NCBI RefSeq assembly: GCF_006345805.1 | Contig: NC_043013.1 | Coordinates: 11,842,001-11,906,000 of the forward strand | Direction: 5' to 3' | DNA: 64,000 nucleotides | Origin: Octopus sinensis | Lineage: Eukaryota | Part shown: in pieces, positions 50,852 through 64,000 of the stretch | Numbering within the stretch: the first letter of the stretch is position 1 | Layout: each line of letters begins with the position of its first letter | Notes under the pieces: model-generated | What the model was told of the DNA's origin: nothing | Databases searched by the model: none | The model's input: the letters and a program-made list of their open reading frames with translations, nothing else | Made by a program: the position numbers and the translations under genes

Positions 50852-53800
50852 AATTGATCGAAAGGACAGTTAATCTCGCTCATTTAATTTGAAAGTAGAT
50901 CGAAAAGACAAATGATCAAATATTCGATTGTATTTGCTCAACGGAACCGTTGATTGGGATTTTAATTAATAGGATTGAATTTTTCCACGTGGAAAGTGTA
51001 GTTGACAACTATTCGAAAGGAGAGATGACCATAAGAACGGTTGATAGAATTTGTTTTTGCGGGCAGTTTATCGAATTTACTTTAGCATACAGTCGACCGA
51101 ATGGGCAACAGATCAAAAACACAATGTTTGAAACTCCATGAGCAAACATTTGATCGAATTCGCTCTCTTGCGGACAGTTGATCGATTTTTTCATAAGGAC
51201 TATTGATAAAATTTGCTATAGTAGATGTTGATCGAATTGAAAGTTAATCGAAATTGCTCACGTAGATAATTGTTCAAGTAGACAATTGACTTAATTGACT
51301 CTGGTGGATAGTTGATTGACATTTGGTCGGAATGACAGTTATCCGAGGTTCCTCAAATATAGAGTCGAGACAAAGAACAATCTTTGAATTTGCTCTTGTA
51401 GATTTTCGATCGAATAGATAATTGACAAGAAAAATTTAATCAAATTTGCTCCGCCGGACAGTTGCTCAACTGGACAATTGATCAAAACGGACAATTGATT
51501 GAATTTGATCGAGTGAACAGTTGATATACAGGACAGTCGATCAAAGAAAATAATTTGTCGTATTTGCTCTGATGGACAGTCGATAAATCTGTCAGTCGAT
51601 CGAATGGACGTTGAATCGAATTTGCTCGATGGGACAGTCAATCAAATTTGCTCGAATGTAGTTGATAGAATTGACAGTTGATCGATTTTTATTCAGCAAA
51701 CATACTGATTGAATTTGTTAACTATACAGTTAACTGAATGTGCTCTTCGTCGAAATTTTTCAGGTGAACAGTTGTTCGTATTTGGTTCAAAGGACGTTTG
51801 ATCAAATTAATTTTTGTAGATCGTTTTGCAGATCGTTTAACTAATTTGATCAAATGAGCAGTTGATTGTATGAACAGTTCAACGAATTTGCTCAAGTGGA
51901 CTAGTGATCGAAGAACACTTAATCGAATGGAAAGTTGATCAAATGGACAATTGCATGAATTGCTCTGGAAGACTGCTGATGAAAAGGAATGTAAATTCAG
52001 TTTGCTCAATTAGGCAGTTAATCGAATGGACAGGTGTTCAAATATTCTGAATTGGATCGAAAGGGCAGTTGACCAAATTAGCTCTGGCCGACATTCAATT
52101 GAAAATATAGCACATTCGATCGAATTTCTTCAAATGGACATTTAAACGAAATGAGAATTGATCGGATCTGCTCAGGTGCACAGTTGGGGACCTAATCAGT
52201 TGAACGACTGGTTAAAAACTAATTGATTGCGTTTGCTAAAGCGAACAGTTGACCGAAAGGACATTTGGTCAAAATTTGGTCAGGTGGACAGACATCGCAT
52301 TTGCCCTCGCAGATAGTTGATCGAATGGATAATTGATTGAAAAGGGTTTGATCGAATTTACTCAAGCAGACATTTCATCAAAAGAAGAATTCATCGGATG
52401 GGAACTGACCGAATTTGCTTAGATAACAGTTGCTTGAATTTTCGCATCTGGTCAGTTGACTGAAGGTACATTTGTCCAAAAAGACAGTTGTTCGCCTGTT
52501 GTAACGCAGTGCTTATCTAAATGGAAGAATTGAGCAATTGATCGAATGGACAAGCCAGTACGGTTGTTTAGATATTATTAAGTGGAAAGGACAATTGATT
52601 GATTGGACAGTTGATCAAAACGAAGGTTGATCGAAGTCGTTCATGTTGATAGTTGATATAATAGACAGTTCATCGACAGTGCAATTGAAAGTGTATTTAG
52701 AAGAGTTTTCCTTAAGGAGTTGATCATATGGACAACTGATAAAAAGGACAGCTAGTTGAATTTACTTAACTAAATTGCTGATCAATAGGAGAGTTGACTG
52801 AATTTGATCAAGTTGATAGTTGCTTGAAAGGATAATTAATTGAAGTTTCTCTAGAGAACAGTGGATCGAATGGACAATGGTCAAATTTCTTCAGTTGGAC
52901 ATATGAGCAAAAGGATATTGCATCGAAAGGACAATTATTTGAAAGGAAACTATATGAATGGAGAATTCTTTGAAAGGGAAGTTGATGGCAATCACTTACT
53001 CAGTTGATGGGAAGTACAGTTGATCGAATGTGCAGTTGATTGATGTTACAGTTGATCGAATTTACTTGAGTGGATAGTTGAGAAAATTAACATTTGTTCG
53101 ACAGGACAGTTGATCAAAAGATTTGATCGCGTCAAAAGAAAAGTTTTTCTAATATGCTTATGTGGATAGTTGATAGAATGCTCTCAATTGGACAACTAAT
53201 CGAATGGGTAGTTAGTCGACTTTGTTCAATCGGAAAATTGATCGAAGATACTCAGTTGAACAGTTGGCCGAAAGGACAATTGATCGTAAGTAAACTTGAT
53301 CTAATTAACTCAAGTAGATAATTTATCGAATGGACAAATTTTCACTTGGACCGTTGACTGAATAAACAGTTGATCGAATTACTTGAGTGGATAGTTGAGA
53401 AAATTAACATTTGTTCGACAGGACAGTTGATCAAAAGATTTGATCGCGTCAAAAGAAAAGTTTTTCTAATATGCTTATGTGGATAGTTGATAGAATGCTC
53501 TCAATTGGACAACTAATCGAATGGGTAGTTAGTCGACTTTGTTCAATCGGAAAATTGATCGAAGATACTCAGTTGAACAGTTGGCCGAAAGGACAATTGA
53601 TCGTAAGTAAACTTGATCTAATTAACTCAAGTAGATAATTTATCGAATGGACAAATTTTCACTTGGACCGTTGACTGAATAAACAGTTGATCGAATTTAT
53701 ATAGTAAGTAATTGGTCGAATTTCCTCTTGCGGAGAACTGATCAATTTTTTCTTGCGGGAAGGTGATCAAATATACAGTTGATCGAATTTGCCAAAGTGG

Positions 53801-54300
53801 GCATTTGCTCTAATTTTCTCTAGCGGAGAGTTCATATAATTTACTCTAGCAAAAATCTGATCGAATAGATAAGTGCATGAACAGACACTTGACCTAATTT
53901 ACTCAAGTGGCCAGATGCTTGATTGGTTATTCCCTCGAATTTGCTTAAGTGAACAATCGATCAAATTTGATCTAATGGACTGTTTATCGAATTTGCTCTA
54001 CAGGAGTTGGTCGAATTTGCTCTATCAAACCGTTGATTGAATTTGATCAAGTCGACAGCTGATAGAATTTTCTCTTTGTGTTGAGTTAATCAGAATGGCT
54101 CAATTTGATTGTTGATGGATCTTGTCCGACTGGACTGTTGATAGAATTTATTCTAGCTGACAAATGATCGAATTTCTTCTAGTGGACACTTAATTCAATT
54201 GACTCTGATAAACAGATGTTCGAATTTGATAAACTGGGCAGATGATTGAAGTTTCTCAAGTTGACAATTGGTCGAATTTTATGAAACTTTTGGTTGATCG
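50852..54300. repeat. 3.4-kb highly degenerate satellite built on (GGA)CAGTTGATCGAA(TTTGCTC), with a recent 317/318-bp tandem duplication at 53048-53682
   Basis: The motif recurs every ~15-30 bp throughout; duplicated blocks near identical. Confidence 0.88.
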
Positions 54301-55059
54301 ATCTTGTTCCTATAGTTTATAACATGTAATTGATAAAAATTCATTAAAAAACTTTGTAATGATTTTATCAAACCATGAAAGAGTTTTTACTGATTTTGGT
54401 CTATATGTGTGTTTGCTTCATAAAAGTATATACAATCCAGGATCACAAATGTATTATGTCTCAAAAAAAAATGAGGACGTAGTTCTTGGCTATAATCTCT
54501 TAAGGGTTAATTCTAGATATCCTTAAGTTTTAGGTGCATTTGGTAGACCTCAATTATTTTTAAGAGTTAATCATTTTATTCTGAGAAATTATTTTTACAA
54601 AGTATATTACTGTCTTTCCTTGTTGCGTCCTCTTAGATACCATCTTGCACCCCGGGTTGTCGCATTTTAGATTGGGTACCCTTGGCTTATACTGTATATT
54701 TTCATAAACTGATATTGTTGTTTGTCTACGCGTCAACCCAAACCCAAACAGGACAGAGCAATTTCGAATTTAGGCAGAAGACCAACAATTGTGAAGATAT
54801 GGATTAGTCGTTATTCGCGGGCCCAATAAAAATATAAAACCACAACAAGCTGCAATATGAAAAGCACCCGAAAGAATAGCCTCATGGCATCGTCCATAGT
54901 AGATGTTAACAAGGGACACGTTCGGATTTCAGAGAGGTCGTTCGAAAAATATATTACGGACTTCATCCAATGCCAATACAACCATCAATAAGCCTGTAAC
55001 ATACTCAAAGAGATGTGGGTAGGCGCACAAAAGGTGCATTCCCGAGGATCTGGGAAGGA

Positions 55060-56155
55060 ACAATCATTAGTGATTGGAAACTGGAACAATACAACTATTA
55101 CAGCTAAAGAGCAGGAATTCGTGGAAGAGGCCAAATGCTACCTGTTTGACATAATCGGTGTCTCATCTACAAGGTTCTGTGGCTATGGTATCCTAAATTT
55201 GTATAGTGGATAGAAACTCAACTGGTTAGGTATGGTGACAACTATATCTGCGCAAGTGCTTGGCTTTTGCATTGTTTTATGGAGAGGATCCCACGAAGTG
55301 AGAATATTTGCCTCCTGTAGCTTAGGCTGCAGGAAGGACCGCTGTCATTGCTGCAAATATATACACCAAACAATGACGACAGTTATAAACCCTTCCTGGA
55401 ATATGTCACAAAAACTTTCGATGTAGTTAAAAGTAAGTTATATGTCCTACAAGAAGACTTCAATGGACATGTTGGCACTGATCACCGGACGTGGAACAGA
55501 CGGATAGAGAGGAAGGTGATCCTGAACTTCATGCAAATGGAGAGGCCTTAGTAGACTTCTGTAACGGAGATTTGATCTCTGTTATGAACACCATTTTCTA
55601 ATTGAGATAAACTTATGTATTGCTCGTATAGAGATACTTTGATACTGAGGTGACTGATAGATCTCTGTTATCACCTCGCACCGCTTTAGTTCTGTACTAG
55701 ACATTCGTATAAAGAGAGTGGTTGAGTTATTACCTGAAACTAAATACAACAAGGAGAACTCGAAATTTGATAAGACCAGTGCGACTTACGGAATAAAGTA
55801 GGCAGCCTTGAGGGATGCTGAGATCAGAAATAAAAGATATGGACACTATTGCATCCAACTTCTGTGACATTCTTGAGCAAACTGGATACATCGAAACTGA
55901 AGGGAGATTGTTTGTTTGGTAGTATCTTCTTTCGATGTTCAATGCTATGGAAGCAAGCAGCTCGGTGTGGCACCAGGTGATAAAAAGAAATCCTGGTTTA
56001 ACTACAAATTTAAAGATGTTATCCGAATAAAGAAGGAGGCTTCCTAAGGTTAGTTTGGAAATAAATATCCCTTGTTGCCCATGCGCACCAGATGCGAGAA
56101 GTTGCAGCAGAAAAAGAAAAAAAATGGACAATGCAAAGTTTTGGGAGGATGTGAG
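55060..56155 (+). pseudogene. RTE-clade LINE apurinic endonuclease relic
   Basis: LVIGNWN, DIIGVSST, QIYTPN, EDFNGHVG, NGEALVDFC, VMNTIF motifs across several frames. Confidence 0.85.
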
Positions 56156-56579
56156 GGTTACCCTGGACTCTGACTTATAATATATTCTGGCAGATCATCC
56201 ACTGACGTGGTAACATTAAACCTTCCTCCAGACCTGCCATTAAGAATCTGACTGCGGTTTGTCTTTCAACAGGGAAGACCACCAGTGTAAGGTAGTGAGA
56301 GTACTTTGCTGATTCAACGGCACTCTTGAATCCTATGGCACCTTGTGCAAGAGGACACTTGCCCAAGGTGCCATTGAACTAAACTCACAAGGTTTTGGTC
56401 GGTCTGGGGCCACAGCAAAGCCACTATACAAGAGAACGATATAATTAGTAGAAGGCTTTAAGACAGTAAGCACTGAAAGTGGATTTTTTGGCTAAAATCT
56501 TCGAGGTGGTGCCACAAGATGGCTGCCATCCAGTGACTGAAATAGTTATAGATAGATATATACATTAATAGAGACAAAG

Positions 56580-56666
56580 AGAAACTAATGGACATATATG
56601 TATATATATATATGTATATATGTATATATATATATGTATATATATATATACATATATATATATATC

Positions 56667-56716
<50 letters not shown>

Positions 56717-56800
56717 CATCTATATATACATACATGCATATATATGTATATGGAAATATATACGCACACATATATATACATATATATATACATATATATA

Positions 56801-56864
<64 letters not shown>

Positions 56865-56900
56865 TACATATATACATACATTCACACACACATACAAATA
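56580..56900. repeat. (TA)n-rich microsatellite
   Basis: Directly visible. Confidence 0.95.
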
Positions 56901-57802
56901 TATAAATGGACATATATATAGATAGACAGTTACACACAAGCACACATACACACATGCACGCTCGCGCACATACATGTCTTTACGTATATAAAAACGCACA
57001 GATGTAAATGCTGATACAATGTAAAGATAATGATCAGCAACAACAATAAACGTTATTACATAAAAGCCAAACAGACAACAAACAACAGCGAAGCAGCCTT
57101 CTAATAAATTAAGTTATGGGGCCATGTATGAGCAACAGTTTAAAACAGACGTAGTTTCCTTTCATCAATAGTACCGTTACCACCACCACCACCACACCAC
57201 CACCACCAATACCATGACCACTATTACCACCATCACCACTTGCGCTGCAGCTTCCGTTGCCAATGCCGTCACCAACACCTAAGGCAGTAATTCTTAACCA
57301 TTGTAAATGGCATTTGACATCTAATAACAAACACTAGCACTTTCGCCATTGCTTAAACGCCTCCAATAACGCCAGCAACCAGAAATCATCATCGTAGTCG
57401 TCGCCTTAATCGTCATCGTCATCACCATCGCCATCATCGCCATTGTCAATGTCATCGTCGTCGTCGTCGTAATCATCATCATCATCATCATTGTCATCAT
57501 GTCGTCCTCGTCAGCGTCGTTTTTTAGCCTCGTTGTCACCGCCACCATTGCCGCTCGCATTCGGCTTCTAATCGGTACTAACCTAATTTGTCTTGAAACA
57601 CATGTTAACTAGAAACAGTTTTTCATACACACTGGTGCAGAAGAATTTATATATACAAACATAAACACACACACGCACACACACGCACATATGTATATAT
57701 ATACATACACATACATATATAAAGCTTATTTACATACTGACATACAAACACAAACGCACATACAAAAAGAAAGAGAAAGGCATACATGTATGAGCGTGCG
57801 TA

Positions 57803-57884
<82 letters not shown>

Positions 57885-58192
57885 TGCTCTGTGAGTGAGA
57901 GTGTGATTGTGTGTGTTGTATGTGTGCGCCCGTGTTTCACTCACGCACGTTCTCTCTAATCTGTTTCTCTCTACACAAATATTGATGTAACCGTATATGT
58001 GCACGTGTGTGTCCATGTATGTGTGTGCGTGTGTGTGTATGTAGATAGATAGATAGATAAATACATACATACAAACATAAATAGATAAATATGCGTACAT
58101 AGAATTACATACATAAACATACATTCGTATAAACGTACATCCATCATTTCATCCCTTCATCCAACACTCCATCCCTCCATATATATGTATAT

Positions 58193-58230
<38 letters not shown>

Positions 58231-58262
58231 CAGGCATATATAAATACATTTATATACACACA

Positions 58263-58349
<87 letters not shown>

Positions 58350-58477
58350 TATATGCATATATGCATATATACATACTTACATGCATACATGCATACATAC
58401 AAACATATTACAATTGAATACAACGATTGAACTCATCACTCAGTTATTTTTGCCGCGCTCTCTCCTCTTCTCGCTAG

Positions 58478-58567
58478 GCAAACCAGAAAGAACTATGGCG
58501 ATTTTAGAACAAACCTTTTATGCCTATAAAAACGATGAAGCGCGAACAAGTTATGGCTTTTCAATTG
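58478..58567 (+). CDS. Weak candidate 90-nt exon, (G)[29 protein letters not shown]
   Basis: Strong acceptor GCTCTCTCCTCTTCTCGCTAG, donor G|GTGATT, phase 1-1. Confidence 0.28.
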
Positions 58568-58696
58568 GTGATTTATTCCCACGATGAATGTTATGAGCTA
58601 GTTTTATTACCATTCACTGATAGTGTAGTGCAGGCTGATATATTTACGAGAGACCATCACACTCTCTCTCTCCCTCTCTCTCACTGTTTCTCTCTC

Positions 58697-58727
<31 letters not shown>

Positions 58728-59245
58728 ATATGCATATGTATGTATACATAATATCTGTGTGTATGTTTATGTGTATACACGTATCATTCATTATTTGTTC
58801 ATATTTTCATACATGTCACTTAAATCTTTGTAAGTTACACTTAGACTCAATATTTTATGGTTACGTAACCACACGATTTTTCTATCTCTCTCACTATATC
58901 GCATTCTATTACACACACATATACATACATACATACATGCATATATATATGCATGTATGTCTACTAATCTGTCAACTCTGTCTACCTATACATATACATA
59001 TGTTTATGTATGTGTGTATGTGAGTAAATATATATATATATATATTATATGTACATATAAAAGCATAGTTTTTCCCCTTCTCTTTTCTCGACCTCTGTCT
59101 CCATCTCTGTCTTCTTTCTCACCCTGCCTCCTTTTGTTTTTCTTTTGTACATTTACGGTCCGTCATTTGTACTGTTTTACTCTTAGTTTATTGAACTCAT
59201 TTTCTCCTTCATCTTAAGCAAAGGAAAACAGAGATGCATTCCTTC

Positions 59246-59306
59246 TCTTCTTCTTCTTCTTCTTCTTCTTCTTCTTCTTCTTCTTCTTCTTCTTCTTCTT
59301 CTTCTT

Positions 59307-59338
<32 letters not shown>

Positions 59339-60005
59339 CCACTTGCCTTCCGATTTCGTTCTGTCTGCTCGTTTCACGGCCGTCATTTTATTCCTATCCA
59401 ATTGTATATCAATGAACTATTAAATTTGTAATGTTATATTTATTCTCTCCGAATCACATCATTGTCACCGTCAATATCATCTTCATCATTATCATCATCC
59501 TCATCATCGGGGTCGTTGTCGTCGTCGTTGGCGCCGCCGTCGTCATCGTCGTTGTTGTCATCATCATCGCCGTTCTCATTGTCATCGCCGCCGCCGTTGC
59601 CGTCATCAACATCGTCGTCGTCGCCGTTGTCATCATCCTTATCATCATCATCATCATCATCATCATTAGCATCATGGTCGTCGACGATTTCGTAATAATC
59701 GTCATTGTCTTCTTTGTTATCATTTTAATCATCATCAGTATTTTCTTCGCCGTTACCGTTTTCAGTGTAGTTATTGTACTACTACTACTACTACTACCAC
59801 CACCACCGCCATCACTACCACCACCATCACGACGACGACCACCACCACCACCACTAACACCATCACCATCTCCACAACCACCACCAATACCACCAACACC
59901 ATCTCCACCACCACCACCACTACCACCATCACCATCTCCACCACCACCACCATCACCACCATCACCACCACCACTCTCACCGTCACCACCGCTGCTACTG
60001 CTGCC
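59246..60005. repeat. (TTC)n followed by CAT/CGT/CAC low-complexity tract
   Basis: Directly visible. Confidence 0.92.
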
Positions 60006-60223
60006 GTTGTTTATGTTTTTGTGCCCTTCAATTTACGACTATTTATTCGTCGCGTAACCTTTTCCGCTAATTGTACTTTAATGTAGCGTTATGGGTAAAT
60101 GTTCTCCCTGTGGCAAATAGACAAATCATAAAACTTTATTATCATTGTTTGTAAAAGTTATTATCATTATTTTCTTTTATTATCATTACTATTGTTATTT
60201 TACATTTTTTTCTTTCTTTGTAG

Positions 60224-60277
60224 TAAATAAATCAGAAATTGTTGTTCCTCTATCAACTGACTTTGGCGAAAGAATTG
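60224..60277 (+). CDS. Weak candidate 54-nt exon, (V)NKSEIVVPLSTDFGERI
   Basis: Acceptor TTTTTTTCTTTCTTTGTAG, only one open frame, weak donor G|GTTAAG. Confidence 0.22.
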
Positions 60278-60432
60278 GTTAAGTAGAAGATATAGAAACG
60301 AGAAGGACAGGCCCACCCCAAATCTTTGTTTTCCCGAATCGCTCGAAAGAGTAGGTGGAGATGGATAGATGAATTCTTCCATTCACGTCCTTTTTTATAT
60401 TTTTCCAATTGTCAACCTTCTTACAAGTAAAA

Positions 60433-60504
<72 letters not shown>

Positions 60505-60505
<1 letters not shown>

Positions 60506-60735
60506 CCTTTCTAGTATAGGCGCAAGGACTGAATTTTTATTATTTTTTTCGTGGCAGGGTGGAGGGTTAAGTCGATTACATCGACCCCAGTGCGTTACTG
60601 GTACTTAATTTATCAACCCCGAAAAGGATGAAAGGCAAAATTAACCTCGGCGGAATTTGAACTCAGAACGTAAAGACGGACGAAATACCGCTAAGCATCT
60701 TGCCAGCCGTGCTAACGATACTGCCAACTCACCGT
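60505..60735 (-). mobile_element. Full-length SINE family A
   Basis: Reverse complement of head and body. Confidence 0.88.
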
Positions 60736-61353
60736 TTCAAGCAATAATAATTAAAATCAACATCAACAACAACAACAACAACAATTATGATGATGATGAT
60801 GATAATGATGATGATGATGATAAAGGCCCTGATGCAGAACCAGGCAGAGGCTCTCATGGCTTCTGATTTTAACTGATTGGAAGTGTTATCATGTACATTG
60901 TTTTGTCTTGGTATAAAAGATGGACTACAGCAAATATTCTGCTCAATACCACAGATTTGCTAGTCAGTTGTTTGACCTTAACCAGTTGAGCATGTCCCTT
61001 AGTGACTGACGATATGTGCATCTCTGATCACGAGCAGAAGTAGTGGGGAGCATCATAGCCATGTGGTGAGAGAAATTCGTTGGCGTTTGGATAATCCACC
61101 TTTGGAAACAAAGGTGTTATGTTCATCATCCTTAAACAACTTTTATTCAGGGATCTTTTGAGCGGGTTGTGTTACTCGACCAGAAGAAAATTCTAACTGG
61201 GCCCCACCTGCAAGGTCATGCACTGTTTACCTTGATATGAGATCACCATGTCGCGCAAATATGGTAGTCATGATGAGTATACTGGGCTTCGTATATTTTA
61301 CCCCAGTATCACTTTGAGGGCATGCACTGCCCTCTCACTCAATAATAATGATG

Positions 61354-61447
<94 letters not shown>

Positions 61448-61691
61448 CCATTCTTTTATTACTCGCAAGGGCTTACATAAAAACAACAAGAAATAATTAA
61501 AGTGATAAGCAAATCTGTGGTATCAAGCAGAATATTTGCTATAGTCCATCTTTTCTACCAAAAGACAAAATATGTACAACAGCCCATCTTTTATACCAAA
61601 TGACAAAAGATGTACAGGATAACACTTCCAATCAGTTAAGATCAAAATCCACTGCCTGGTACTGTATCAGGTAATTATTATGATTATGGTT

Positions 61692-61911
61692 AAGGCGGCG
61701 AACTGGCAGAATCGTTAGCACGACGGGCGAAATTCTTTATTAGCATTTTATCCGTCTCTACGTTCTAAGTTCAAACTTCGCAGAGGTCGACTTTGCCTTT
61801 CATCTTTTCGGGGTCGATAAATTAAATACCAGTTACATACTGGGATATATGTAATCGACTACCCCACTCCCTCAAGTTTCAGCTCTTGTGCGTATAATAG
61901 AAGGGATCATT
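61692..61911 (+). mobile_element. Full-length SINE family A
   Basis: AAGGCGGCGAACTGGCAGAATCGTTAG, AAGTTCAAAC. Confidence 0.88.
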
Positions 61912-61989
61912 GTTGTTGTTGTTGTTGCTGCTGCTGTTGCTGCTGATGTTATTATTGTCACTGTTGTTGTTGTTATTATTGTTGCTGTT

Positions 61990-62300
61990 GCTTTTGATTT
62001 GACTCAGGTTTGCTCTTATTCCAGGCAGGATTTATGTGGGTAGGGGGTTACTACCTGTAAATTCAGGTGTCCAGTAGCTTTCAATACTCTTTCAAGTGCT
62101 TAGAACTCTCCTGGTAGTCTTTCCTGTCCCTAAGAGGCAAACATTCTGTACGTGATCTACAAGACATACTATTCAAATCTTCCTTTTCGTGATTCCATTT
62201 GGTGCAAGTTTCATTTGTATAGCTTTAATTAAACATTCTATTTTTTCTTTTGCAATTGGTTTGGCTGGGAGTGGCTAGTCAAACTCCTGCTGTTAATAGT
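61990..62300 (-). mobile_element. REL-type (R4/Dong-like) LINE extreme 3' fragment
   Basis: Minus strand ..HVQNVCLLGTGKTTRRVLST* resembles the QK.xLLGTAxILRKVL terminus; AAC/AAT tail follows. Confidence 0.6.
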
Positions 62301-62365
62301 CAATGAATGTGGAATGTGTAACATGCCTCACTATTTTAATACTACTAGAATTAGCACAACTGCTG

Positions 62366-62401
<36 letters not shown>

Positions 62402-63287
62402 TCACCACTTACTTTTTCTGGCATCTTAAGTCCGTCTTACTGCAATAGCATTGTCTATGGAGTTGATGCCTTCTAGTATACGATGTCCGATAGATAGTAT
62501 GGCATTGAGGTAATGCTATTGTATGTTCTCTTCTTCATGTCATCAGTGAATCCAATTGAATTGTTGGGGGTCTTAAAATTTGACACCAGCGTCGCCGCAG
62601 AATCTTCGAGAAGGAAGTAGTACACAAAGCCGACACCTGATGTTTTTGTTCGCGTTTTACTACCGAAGCCTTTCGCATTGCTATGTATGGCTACAAGGCA
62701 GCAATGGATCAAGAGAATCAAGAGAATCAAGAGAATCAAGAGTTTTCCTTCCCTTTGGTGGGTTGTCACCAGTCGAGGCTAACGAATAACCCATATTTGG
62801 GATCCTGACGTGTGCTGTAATTTTGGATCGGGGCCAACATGGGAACGATAGTTGCAAAGAGGTGATTCCACACTCCTCAAAACGTTGGGAAATCTCGAAG
62901 AATGGTTCCACTACTGCATGTAGCTTAAAGTCATACTCAGGACACACTACTACTACTACTACTACTACTACTATAATGATAATAATAATGATAATAATCA
63001 CAACAACAACAATAACAACAATAATAATAATAACAATAATAGAAATAGTAGCACTAGTTTTTTTCTATGAGCCACCAACACAGTATATGAGGTTATATAT
63101 TGCCATGAACTGTCAAATATTCTTCACATCATATCGCTATCTTAAACCACATAGAATCAATTAAACGCTTATACACACGTATTGACACGCACACACACAG
63201 AGTTTGTATATAACATAGCAGGCATACACACACATACACACGCAGTTTATACATGACTACACACACACACACGCGCACACACACATG

Positions 63288-63331
<44 letters not shown>

Positions 63332-63866
63332 CAAATTGATACACACATACACATTTGTGTGTGTATGTATGAATATGCATATGCACGACATTCACAGATC
63401 CATATTTGCAGACCTACATTCATCAATAAGTACATACAAACACACACACACACACACGCATACATACATACACACACACACACACATACATACATACATA
63501 CATACATACATACATACATACATACATACATACACACATACATACATACATACATACGCACATACATAGACCGCATATCGGAAAAGATGTACAACTGCAG
63601 CAGAGAAGAGAAGAGCGTAGCGGTCGGGTGGTCGTTTGTCATAATGGCTGACTGTTGCTGTTTGTGTCTTATTTTACTCATGTTTAACCATCTGACTCGT
63701 AATGGCGGGTTTTAATGGCGACACTAATAGCATAACAAATCAAAAATATAACGTGTGGGGGCGGAGATTCGAGCGAATATACGTTCGCGTCTTTACATCA
63801 TACGCTTAAGCACATAAATATATGTTTACATGTATATATATATGTATATGCGTGTGTTAGTATATG

Positions 63867-63935
<69 letters not shown>

Positions 63936-64000
63936 ACTTGGCAAGATGGGGTATGCCTCGTGTATATATCTGTTCCGTCTTGAGCTATTTCTTGCTGAAG

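Overview
AT-rich eukaryotic DNA, mostly microsatellites and transposon relics. The SINE/LINE/mariner repertoire resembles Octopus (coleoid cephalopod) genomes; that assignment is an inference, not verified. There is no intact long CDS: nearly all ORFs in the track are translated simple repeats. Supported content: decayed mariner/Tc1 transposases, R4/Dong-type (REL) LINE 3' ends, a Tx1/L1-type 3' end inside a (TATC)n array, an RTE endonuclease relic, at least three tRNA-derived SINE families, a SINE-derived 34-bp minisatellite, a 3.4-kb degenerate satellite, and several short candidate + strand exons that suggest the window is mostly intron of an unidentified gene. The most notable signal is a set of type I hammerhead-ribozyme (HHR) motifs from at least four unrelated Penelope-like/retrozyme-like repeat families. 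These include a core-intact copy (22463-22519, -), a palindrome with an HHR motif on each strand (34643-34804) and a 470-nt HHR-to-HHR unit (34809-35459). All folds were done by eye and none has been tested.
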